Below, piece by piece: positions 7,433 to 15,504 of a DNA stretch of 35,938 nt. This DNA is from a virus. Lineage: Duplodnaviria; Caudoviricetes. How positions within the stretch are numbered: the stretch's first letter is position 1; each line of letters starts with the position of its first letter. The stretch covers positions 1-35,938 of the IMG/VR virus record IMGVR_UViG_3300006129_000017. The stretch is one strand, 5' to 3'. The notes under the pieces were generated by a model that had not been told where the DNA came from, searched no databases, and saw only the letters and a program-made list of their open reading frames with translations. Both the position numbers and the translations under genes were made by a program.

Positions 7433-8350
7433 TCAGCCTCCGTAGAGATAGCTAGGCGGTCCGCCAGACCAAGCCGTATTGGGGTCAGCATAGATGCCGC
7501 CAGACTTGCCCAGAAGCTGACTGGTGATCAGGGCGTTCGGAATAGACGACGCTGCGCCGGTGAGCGCGTTTCCAGAGGCGATCGACGCCGCGCTTTGGGC
7601 GTTTCCGGCCGACGTGATGTTATTGCCGATGCTTGATGCGGTCGCGGTTCCGTAATTGCCCGTCTGTGCCCCTGCATTTTCGCCAAGGCTGGCCACACTC
7701 ATCAGGCGATTGATCTGGTCGCCGTAGGTCTGATTTGCGACACCGCCGGCATAGTTCGTCGCACCCTTGAACGCCGCGCCAGACACGCCGAGGCCCCGAG
7801 CCGCCGCGCTGTTGGCCACACCTCGAAGGCCTTGCGACAAGGTGAACTGATAGCCCGGCGTTTGAGTGAGGTAGTTTTGAGGCGTCAGACCGCCGGTCGA
7901 TGCGCTGGAAGATGCGCCGGGTCCCGTTGCGGTCGTCGGAAGCGCGCGGCCCTCCTTCTGGCCATAGTTGGAATAGTGATATTGAGCATAGGCCTGCGCG
8001 TTGGCGAATTGCGATTTCACCGACGGATCTAAAGCGTCGTAGGCGTTCTGAACGTCGGGATTGGCCGCCAGATAAGCGTTCCAGTCCGGGGAGTTGGTTG
8101 CGGCCGGATTTGACGACCCCGTCGAGCCGCCCGACCCTGTGCCCAGAAGATTGTTCACCAACCCAAGCGCGGCCTGCCCCGACTGATTGTAGGGCAAAAG
8201 GTCGTTTCGAGTTTGCTGATATTGCGCCTGTTGAACCGATGACGCCTTGTTTGCGGCGTCCGTTTGAGCGCTGGCCGCAGTGTCGGCGGCGCTGTTCATG
8301 GCGATGCCGCCGATCACGGCGCCCCCCACGATAGCTGCTGCGATTGGCAT
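7433..8350 (-). CDS. Ejection protein, gp7-like
   Basis: Start MPIAAAIVGGAVIGG (TAATG overlap); QTRNDLLPYNQSG and TPGYQFTLSQG...NSAAARG motifs typical of gp7-like proteins. Confidence 0.75.
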   Translation of the reverse strand: MPIAAAIVGGAVIGGIAMNSAADTAASAQTDAANKASSVQQAQYQQTRNDLLPYNQSGQAALGLVNNLLGTGSGGSTGSSNPAATNSPDWNAYLAANPDVQNAYDALDPSVKSQFANAQAYAQYHYSNYGQKEGRALPTTATGPGASSSASTGGLTPQNYLTQTPGYQFTLSQGLRGVANSAAARGLGVSGAAFKGATNYAGGVANQTYGDQINRLMSVASLGENAGAQTGNYGTATASSIGNNITSAGNAQSAASIASGNALTGAASSIPNALITSQLLGKSGGIYADPNTAWSGGPPSYLYGG

Positions 8351-8808
8351 TAGGATTTCCTGACGATGGCAGGCGCAGAGGCCCATTGCATCGGCGTCAG
8401 AACCCAAGTCCTGAGGCCGCCGAGTTGTGTTGATCGATAAGTCTCGCAGGCCAGTTTCCAGCCGTGCGAACGAGGCGGAGCGGATCTCCACCAGCCAAAT
8501 TGCTCCGAGGTCACAATGACCTGAGCCCCGTCGTTGAACATGATCGGAAACGTCGTGCGAGCCGCATGGACCACGCTTCGGCCCCATGCCTCCCGGCGAA
8601 ACAGCGAGTGCAGTTCAAGGACAAATCCGAACGGGTCGAGGCGCCGGAACACGAACCCGCCGCCGTCGAACCTGAAGGGGAGGACTTCAGGGTTGGCGAT
8701 CAGGTCTACCAGGTCGTCAACGCTCACCCCGTGGAGCGAATATCTTGCAACGTCCTCATCTTCGGCCACCCATGCCCAGAACGACGGGTCGCGCTGGAAC
8801 GTCGTCAC
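8350..8808 (-). CDS. gp14-position virion assembly protein (GNAT-like fold)
   Basis: 152 aa between gp10 and gp7; ELHSLFRREAWGR motif; coupled at both ends. Confidence 0.6.
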   Translation of the reverse strand: MTTFQRDPSFWAWVAEDEDVARYSLHGVSVDDLVDLIANPEVLPFRFDGGGFVFRRLDPFGFVLELHSLFRREAWGRSVVHAARTTFPIMFNDGAQVIVTSEQFGWWRSAPPRSHGWKLACETYRSTQLGGLRTWVLTPMQWASAPAIVRKS

Positions 8809-10490
8809 GTGGCGGCCTTTGAAACGTCGATGTAGGCCCCGTTGAGACAGGTCGGAACGGGTGCAGACCAGAACAGCTCGAACACCCGATCACGGCCCAT
8901 GCCGAGACGCTGGAACTGCACAGAGCGCTTGTATTGGCCCGTGGCGCCCATTCCCTCGGAAATCGGCTGGCCCCAATCGTAGCCCCGGCTATCGGACCAT
9001 CGAAGGAAACATAAAGGCTCGGCGGAAGATTTCCCACCCGCGTAATTTCCGACTTCCATGTCCGCGATGAACTGCCGGAAAAACACCCGGTCGCCGTCAC
9101 TGGCCATGTGCGGAAAACCCCGGCGCCGAACGATGGGCGATCCGTTGTCGGTGTAGTTGTTCAGGTCGTAGGAATAGAGCGCGCCCGTCTGCCAGTCCCC
9201 GACGACGTTGGTCGAATAGGCAAAGGTCCCCAGTTGAGCGCGGTGACGGTTTTCCTGACCATTGGTGTCGGTCCAGACCCGCTCGTGCCAAAGGTCCGTC
9301 GCAATGTCATAGACCCATGTCTGATTTCCAGTCGGGAAGGTCAGTTGATAGAACGTATGGCCGCCTTGTTGGTAGCAGAAGCCCACGGCGTCCGAGAGCG
9401 TGATCTGCGAAATGATATTCTCAACGCAATGGGTCGAGATCCGCTTGGCTGCGTACCCCTCCCCTCGGACCACGATGGCGGTTCCGGCCTTGTCTTTGGC
9501 GATCCAGAAAACCGATCCGTCATTGACCGCGACGGAGTATTTCGCCGCGCATCCATGCTCGACGTAAGCGCCTGGCGCTTCTTCGAACGGAAAATCTGCG
9601 GCGCCGGTGTTGCTCCAGATTTCCGTTGAGTTCGCCTTCATGATCCAGATGTTGCGGTGAGCAACTGCAACGCTGATCACGTTTCCGGCCGCGCCCGAGG
9701 GGGATGCGATGTCAAGCGAATTGAACGCCCCTGCCGTGATCAGGGTCCACAAGAAGCCAGACCCCCCACCAATAGACGCTGAGTTTGCGGACAGGACGTC
9801 GGTGTTGGCGTAGTCGATGCCTGGGATCGTGATTGACACGGCGGTCACTGCGCCGCCTGACACCGTGATCGTGGCCACTGCGCCTGATCCAGATCCCTGC
9901 GTCAGGGCCACGTTGGTATAGGTCCCGTTTGTGTAGCCAGAGCCGCCTGTGATGGTCCCTGCGAGAACACCCGCGGTCGTCAGGTCGGCAAAGGCCGGAA
10001 GCTGGATCGACAGATAGATCGAGCCCGTGCCGGGTTGATTGAAGACGAAATACGTATCGACGTAATCCACCTTGTCGGCGCCGAGAAATGCCGGGCTGGT
10101 GATCGCCGCGAAACGTTGCGTCGCTAGATCGATTGCATAGCCCGCAGTTGTTCCGTCCACCAAGACCACGACGAGGCCATTGTCTGCCATGCTGCACGGC
10201 GTCGTGCCGCTCGCGATTGCTCCAAGAAGATGATGGTTCCACCCGCTGTCCACATAGTAAACGTTTGTCCCGATCACGCGATAAAGCGCGCCGTTGGACG
10301 CCGTGAATTCGCACCTAGCCACACCCGGGCCTGGGCAATTGGCAAGCAGCGTCAGGCCCGGCGTTGGATAATGCGAAACCGGAAACTCCGAATCTGACGG
10401 GTCGATTTCCGGGTAGAGGTTCACGCAGCGCTGAGCCGACGCGGAGAGGCTTCGGCTCGTGTAGGCGCCCTGGGTAAGCTGCACCTTCAT
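8805..10490 (-). CDS. Packaged-DNA stabilisation / tail hub protein, P22 gp10-like
   Basis: SAQRCVNLYPE, PTPGL, GHTFYQLTFPT..TWVYD, LRWSDSRGYDW and FQRLGMGRDRVFEL motifs. Confidence 0.85.
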   Translation of the reverse strand: MKVQLTQGAYTSRSLSASAQRCVNLYPEIDPSDSEFPVSHYPTPGLTLLANCPGPGVARCEFTASNGALYRVIGTNVYYVDSGWNHHLLGAIASGTTPCSMADNGLVVVLVDGTTAGYAIDLATQRFAAITSPAFLGADKVDYVDTYFVFNQPGTGSIYLSIQLPAFADLTTAGVLAGTITGGSGYTNGTYTNVALTQGSGSGAVATITVSGGAVTAVSITIPGIDYANTDVLSANSASIGGGSGFLWTLITAGAFNSLDIASPSGAAGNVISVAVAHRNIWIMKANSTEIWSNTGAADFPFEEAPGAYVEHGCAAKYSVAVNDGSVFWIAKDKAGTAIVVRGEGYAAKRISTHCVENIISQITLSDAVGFCYQQGGHTFYQLTFPTGNQTWVYDIATDLWHERVWTDTNGQENRHRAQLGTFAYSTNVVGDWQTGALYSYDLNNYTDNGSPIVRRRGFPHMASDGDRVFFRQFIADMEVGNYAGGKSSAEPLCFLRWSDSRGYDWGQPISEGMGATGQYKRSVQFQRLGMGRDRVFELFWSAPVPTCLNGAYIDVSKAAT

Positions 10491-11197
10491 TGGTCGGAAT
10501 ACACATTGTAGGCATTTGAGTCGCGCGTCAGCTCGCCCGGCAGTTCAGCGTGCGGAAGCTGGGTGTTTCCTTGGCGAAGCGTCGCGAGCGCGCCTCGAGC
10601 CTTTTGCGAAACCTTTCTGTCTTCTGGAAGCTGATAGAGCGGGCGGATGCGATCTGCGAGGTTCCAGAACAGCGCGCTCTGATACTCCGGCGGAAGGTTG
10701 ATCGTTTGCGCCAACGTGACCTGAGGAAGCAGTTCCTTGGTCGTGATGTGGATTTCGTAGTTGTTCGCCGCGGGGACAGGCCAAACGTAGAGGCTCGCCA
10801 TGGGATAGGCCGCGTCATAGAAGGCGATGCTGGGCCAACTTCCGAGCGTCTTGGCGCGGATGCGATTATAGTCCTCCCGCGCGTCAAAAACGGTCAGGGG
10901 AAAGTCCAAAAGGTTCGGCTGGCTCGGAATGATCTGGCGGAAGAACGCCGCTTCCAGCTTGGTCGGGCGCGTGACGTTGAAGTTTCCGCCGAGCCCGACG
11001 GTGTAGGAAACGGCGCCCGTCGAGGTGTAGGCGGTGTCTACCAGATGATAGACCATCAGCCGCTGCGCGCTCCACTCACCCATCATGAGGTTGAGTTGAA
11101 ACAGGCAATCGTTCATGTCCTCAGCGGCGGCCAATTGCCCCACGCCGATGACGCCAGCGGCCTTGAGGGCCTGCGTGATCAGGTCTGAAGGTGTCAC
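10487..11197 (-). CDS. Head-to-tail adaptor, P22 gp4 position
   Basis: MTPSDLITQALKAAGVIGVGQ...DCLFQLNLMMGEW and LPPEYQSALFWNLA motifs; directly upstream of gp10. Confidence 0.75.
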   Translation of the reverse strand: MTPSDLITQALKAAGVIGVGQLAAAEDMNDCLFQLNLMMGEWSAQRLMVYHLVDTAYTSTGAVSYTVGLGGNFNVTRPTKLEAAFFRQIIPSQPNLLDFPLTVFDAREDYNRIRAKTLGSWPSIAFYDAAYPMASLYVWPVPAANNYEIHITTKELLPQVTLAQTINLPPEYQSALFWNLADRIRPLYQLPEDRKVSQKARGALATLRQGNTQLPHAELPGELTRDSNAYNVYSDQ

Positions 11198-11214
11198 GTC
11201 AGGCCCTCGCCAAT

Positions 11215-11499
11215 TCAGATGCGGGGATCAAGGGTCGGGTCGAAGCCCGCATCCTCAATCGTCTTCGTCATGCGGGCCGCAGACCAGCGCTTGTCGATCT
11301 GCACGCCCTTGACTTCGGCGAGAATGATCAGGCGCTTGCGCTCGTCTTCCTCACGGATAGGAGCCTCGCCGGTCTTCAGCGCTTCGGCTTCTTCTTCCGC
11401 GTTTTGAACAAGCACGGGCTCGCCGCCATCTGGCGTGACGAACTTCGGAAACTCGCGAAACTCGTAATCGGGGAACTTCATGTTGGTGTAGAGGGTCAT
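11215..11499 (-). CDS. Hypothetical head-region protein, 94 aa
   Basis: GAGGA SD before MTLYTNMKF; FREFPKFV...VQNAEEE pattern; C-terminal short helical motif. Confidence 0.65.
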   Translation of the reverse strand: MTLYTNMKFPDYEFREFPKFVTPDGGEPVLVQNAEEEAEALKTGEAPIREEDERKRLIILAEVKGVQIDKRWSAARMTKTIEDAGFDPTLDPRI

Positions 11500-11513
11500 T
11501 CGGGTCCTCGGAT

Positions 11514-11547
11514 AAAGAACCGGGCGGGAGACCATCCCCCGCCCGGC
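11514..11547 (-). terminator. Terminator-like hairpin after the 409-aa gene
   Basis: CCGGGCGGGG..CCCCGCCCGG stem followed by TTCTTT on the minus strand. Confidence 0.55.
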
Positions 11548-11561
11548 CATAGGCGACAGGC

Positions 11562-12791
11562 TTAGAACTCTGCCGAAGCCTGAATATAGCCAGAGCCGCC
11601 GCCGCCCTGCAGAAGGGTGGCCTGACCTGCGGTGCCGGCGCTGTTGCCGTTCACTGAGATGGCGTTCTGGGTGTGGGTGGAACCGGCGCTGATCGTTGTG
11701 GTGGTCGCGGTGCCGGATTGGTTGGTCTTGAACGTGCCGGCAGAGACAGTCACCGTCGGCGCGATCCGCATCGTCATCGGAAGAGCGATGTAGAAGACCT
11801 GAACGGCCGAAGTGGTGTTCATGCCGGAACCGACGATGACGCCAGCCGCAGGCTCGTTCTGTTGCCAGAAGTAGCGCTGAGCCAGTTCCAGCTCGAGGGC
11901 CACGTCCCGGTGTTCGAACGCCGACGGTTGTGCACCGGACTCCAGTTGGATGCCGTGAAGCTGATACCAGTCATTCGCGCCGGCCGTGCCCGTGGGCGTG
12001 TAGGACAGCAGGACGCCGATCTGGTTGCAGTTCGCGGGGATCGTCACCGTCATCTGGTAACGAGTCATCGTGGTGGTCAGGTTGAACTGAGCCGGAAGAC
12101 CCGCCGCAAAAGCCGACGGGGCCGTCAGGCCAGCTTGAACAACCGGGCTGGACGCTCCGAGGTAATTGGCGACGGTTGCTACCGAACCGACGTTCGAAGA
12201 CGCCAGAATGGTCGAACCGGTCCAAGATCCTGCGACCATGTTGGCTGCGGACTGGTTAGAGCCGGTGCCGCTATAGACCGAAACGTTCAGAACGTTGTTC
12301 AACGCCGAGAAGTTAGCGCCGGCCTTGGCCCAGAAGCTGAGGGTGATGGTTTGCCCTTGAAGGCGAGCCGCGTCCCCAGACTCGATGACCTGACCCAGGT
12401 TGATCGCCGCGGTGTCCGTATTCGCCGCCGTACGCTGGAATTGCAGCGCCGAAGTGAAGCCGGGCACGTCGGTGTTGGCCGCCTTCGACACGTTGATCGA
12501 AGACGAGGCGCCGCCGACGGCGAAGAAACGGTCAGCCGTATAGGTGAGCGTGTTCGAGATCGTTGCGAAGGCCGTGCCGCGCTGCCACGGATTGGTAGAG
12601 AAGTCGGGGCAGTCGAGCACGTTGCGGAACGAAATCACCGGCTGCGCATAAGCAGCCAGAGACGAAAGCGGGATGGTCGCTTCCTGGGGCGCGGCGCCGC
12701 CCGAAACTTGCGTGTCGGCAGGAACCAGTTCGGCGCCAGTGAGGAGCGAAACGGTACGCTGCGGAACACCCGCCGCATAAAGACCGGACAT
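11562..12791 (-). CDS. Putative virion structural / head-decoration or fibre-like protein, 409 aa
   Basis: Directly after coat; FRNVLDCPDFSTNPWQRG, YTADRF, TITLSFWAKA and ELELAQRYF motifs of beta-sandwich phage fibre-type proteins. Confidence 0.6.
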   Translation of the reverse strand: MSGLYAAGVPQRTVSLLTGAELVPADTQVSGGAAPQEATIPLSSLAAYAQPVISFRNVLDCPDFSTNPWQRGTAFATISNTLTYTADRFFAVGGASSSINVSKAANTDVPGFTSALQFQRTAANTDTAAINLGQVIESGDAARLQGQTITLSFWAKAGANFSALNNVLNVSVYSGTGSNQSAANMVAGSWTGSTILASSNVGSVATVANYLGASSPVVQAGLTAPSAFAAGLPAQFNLTTTMTRYQMTVTIPANCNQIGVLLSYTPTGTAGANDWYQLHGIQLESGAQPSAFEHRDVALELELAQRYFWQQNEPAAGVIVGSGMNTTSAVQVFYIALPMTMRIAPTVTVSAGTFKTNQSGTATTTTISAGSTHTQNAISVNGNSAGTAGQATLLQGGGGSGYIQASAEF

Positions 12792-12825
12792 AGGTATCTC
12801 CAGATTTTCAGAATTTGGGAAAGGC

Positions 12826-12851
12826 GGGCGCGAGCTTCAAAACCCGCGCCC
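12826..12851 (-). other. Stem-loop downstream of coat gene (stabiliser or partial terminator)
   Basis: GGGCGCGGG-TTTTGAAG-CTCGCGCCC with a weak T-tail. Confidence 0.45.
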
Positions 12852-12872
12852 TCAGAGGTCAGCCGGTGAGGC

Positions 12873-14108
12873 TTACGGAACGCTGTCGCCGACAACCACG
12901 GCCCATTCCGGGCGAACCCAGGTATAGCCGAAGAGCGTGTCCAGACGCGTCACGGTCTGGTCGGTGCCAGGCACGTAGACGGTCATCATCCGCATCGCGA
13001 TGCCGTCGTAGTTCCGACGATCGCTCTCGATGACACCCTTGGTCGGGGTGTAGAGGTCGGCAGTCGCAAGGGCCACGGCTTTCGGAGCGAAAGCGATGTT
13101 CTTGCGGTAGGTTTCGCCGGCCTTGTTGACGAGAGAGATGGCCGCACCGTTCGCAGGCGAGTAGTCCACGGTCTGATACTGCACCGCGCCGTTGCCGGTG
13201 GTCGGGTCGTAGGACGCCGAACCGGGAATGATAGCGGGATAGATCGGGATGGACGTCGCGCCCGAGGCCACGTTGGCGGTGACCACAAACTGACGGACCT
13301 GATACTGCGACTGCTTGGTCACGCGGTTGACGCCGTTGACCAGCGCGATCGTGATCACGTCGCCTTTCTTGAGGGTGCCGGTGATGGCGTTGGTGACGAG
13401 GGTGGACCCCGTTTGACCGGCGCCGTTGACCGTGCCCGCGCTGAAGGTGCCCGTGACGTGGTTGATGATGGTCGGATCTTCGAACCAGCGGAAGTTCAGG
13501 GCGTCATACATCTGCCCGGAAAGGTATTGTTTCGAAATCGCTTGCACCGGATTGAAGAGACCGGACAGCGTGCCGACAACCTTGGCCATCGTGTTCGGGG
13601 AGGCCACGAACTTGCGATTGAGGCTGCTTGCGGAGTTCTGCGTCAGCACGGCGTTTGCCGTGAGGATCGTGGTCGAGGTCGGCGCAATGGTGTTTTGCGA
13701 ACCGTCTTGGTTGACCACGAGATTGCAGATACCGCCTTCAGACCCTGCCATGACCGTGGCCGCGACGTTGCCGGCGAGGTTGTTGATCATGGGGGCCAGA
13801 ACGCGTTCCTCGTAATCGTCGAGGGACAGAGCGCGTTCCTTGGTGGTGAAGCCAACGTCAACGTGTCGCTGATAGCTCACCGCCAGCGTGGTCTGCTGTT
13901 CAGTCGTGTCCTGAACCGAAAGGGCCGGACCGTCCGAGACGACATAATCGTTCGGCAGGCGGATGCGAAGGGTGTCGCCGATCTTGGCGCCTTCGACGGC
14001 GTATTGATCATCGTACTGACGGTCGACGTTTTGGATGAAGGCGTTCGAGTTCTTGAAGAGCATGACCGCGCGGCGCGTGATCGCGCTCATCGTGAGCAGA
14101 GTGCTCAT
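12873..14108 (-). CDS. Major capsid protein, P22 gp5 family
   Basis: GAKIGDTLRIRLP, LSLDDYEERVLAP and TRLDTLFGYTWVRPEWA motifs; follows scaffold. Confidence 0.92.
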   Translation of the reverse strand: MSTLLTMSAITRRAVMLFKNSNAFIQNVDRQYDDQYAVEGAKIGDTLRIRLPNDYVVSDGPALSVQDTTEQQTTLAVSYQRHVDVGFTTKERALSLDDYEERVLAPMINNLAGNVAATVMAGSEGGICNLVVNQDGSQNTIAPTSTTILTANAVLTQNSASSLNRKFVASPNTMAKVVGTLSGLFNPVQAISKQYLSGQMYDALNFRWFEDPTIINHVTGTFSAGTVNGAGQTGSTLVTNAITGTLKKGDVITIALVNGVNRVTKQSQYQVRQFVVTANVASGATSIPIYPAIIPGSASYDPTTGNGAVQYQTVDYSPANGAAISLVNKAGETYRKNIAFAPKAVALATADLYTPTKGVIESDRRNYDGIAMRMMTVYVPGTDQTVTRLDTLFGYTWVRPEWAVVVGDSVP

Positions 14109-14296
14109 GATAAGGGTTCCTTGACTATGATCTGGATGGGGATTGACCGGCTTGCGGTCTTTCTCGGCGCCAGAACCGAGTGAGGGGGATCAGGCTGCGC
14201 GCGGATTGAAGGGGCCGCTTCCCTTGTCGCCGGTGTCCGATGTCGGCAAAAAGTCGGACGTGTCAGGGCATGACCGGCCCAGTGCGGGTTGAGAGA

Positions 14297-15118
14297 TCAG
14301 CTTACGAGGCGATCTCGTTTTTCCATTTCAGCGAACCATGCAGCGTCATCGGCTTCAGGGTCGTTGAGGTCTATGCCGTCGCGAACACGGTCCCCGTTGA
14401 CGGGGGCGATGGGCGCGGGAGCATTGGATATTGCCGGGCCCTTGGGAGCCGCGGCAAGCTTGGTGGCGAGGCGGTCGAGCTCAATACCGAGCCGAACCGG
14501 GGGCAGACTGGCAAGCCGAAGCGCCTCGTCGGGGTTTTGTCCGAGCTGGTTCAGCACCGCGTCGGGCGCATCGGTCTCAAGCACGGCCTCCACGAAACCC
14601 CGCGTGACGACGCCTGCCATGTTGAGGTTAACGACGGCGGTCTGGAACGTCGTCCCGAACTTCTTCGAACCGTCCTCGAACACGATGTTGCAGCGCTGGT
14701 TGAAGGCTTGCTCGGCCTGCTGAGCGACTTGCTGATCCGCGCGTTCCTTGGCGATCCGGTTCGCTTCGGCTTCAAGCTCGGCCTGGGTGTACGTGCGCTC
14801 CTGCCGGTTGGGCTGCTCGGCCCCGGCGTTGAGCATTTCCCGAAGGAGGCGAGCCTCTTCCTCAATCTTGGCGCGGGCCTCGGCCTCTGTCTTGGCTCGC
14901 TCTTCGGCCTCGTAGCGCTTGCGGGTAAGTTCATCGAACCGCTTTTGCATCCAGTTGGGTTGTTCACTGGACTTCGGTTCGGGGTCGGCTTGCGTTTCAG
15001 TGACCGGCGCCGGATCTGGCTGCGGATTTTGAACGTCTGGCGTCGGGGCGACCGCTTCGTCTGGCGCGGCGCCCAGCATGATAGGGCTGTCCGAAATGGT
15101 TTCGGCTTCTACGGTCAT
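14297..15118 (-). CDS. Scaffolding protein
   Basis: Acidic, helical; KRFDELTRKRYEAE and SNAPAPIAPV motifs; between portal and coat. Confidence 0.8.
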   Translation of the reverse strand: MTVEAETISDSPIMLGAAPDEAVAPTPDVQNPQPDPAPVTETQADPEPKSSEQPNWMQKRFDELTRKRYEAEERAKTEAEARAKIEEEARLLREMLNAGAEQPNRQERTYTQAELEAEANRIAKERADQQVAQQAEQAFNQRCNIVFEDGSKKFGTTFQTAVVNLNMAGVVTRGFVEAVLETDAPDAVLNQLGQNPDEALRLASLPPVRLGIELDRLATKLAAAPKGPAISNAPAPIAPVNGDRVRDGIDLNDPEADDAAWFAEMEKRDRLVS

Positions 15119-15180
15119 GGATGATCCACGGATTTTGTCCTGGCGTCCGGCCAGTGCGGCACATTCCCAAGTGGGAAAGA

Positions 15181-15504
15181 TCAGTTCAGAAGCGACATTT
15201 CAGCCGCAGCGGCCTCGGCGTGTTCGCGCGGCGGGTTCATCGCGCCATCCAGCATTAAGGCCTCGAAGACCTTTTCCTTCACATATTCCGTGGAGCCGGG
15301 GTCGTTGAGCATGTCCACGAGAATGCTACGAGCGACGGGCACGAACATCTGCCAAGCCCGCTGAATGAAGAACTTCTGATTGCGATAGAGGCGATAGAAC
15401 TCGTTGTCGTGCGCCATTTCCTCATACCATGTCCCCGCAAGCTCCCTTGCGGTCTGGTGGATCATGTTGTGAACGGCGTGATCACTGCGGGGCTTGCGCG
15501 TCAT
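15181..15504 (-). CDS. Hypothetical protein, 107 aa
   Basis: ORF overlapping the portal 3' end; plausible composition. Confidence 0.65.
   Translation of the reverse strand: MTRKPRSDHAVHNMIHQTARELAGTWYEEMAHDNEFYRLYRNQKFFIQRAWQMFVPVARSILVDMLNDPGSTEYVKEKVFEALMLDGAMNPPREHAEAAAAEMSLLN

Noticed and set aside
7433-8587. Extended N-termini given by the ORF track (8587, 7491, 11550, 26873, 32519, 35185)
   Set aside because: They overlap upstream genes; internal ATGs with SD or stop/start coupling fit better.
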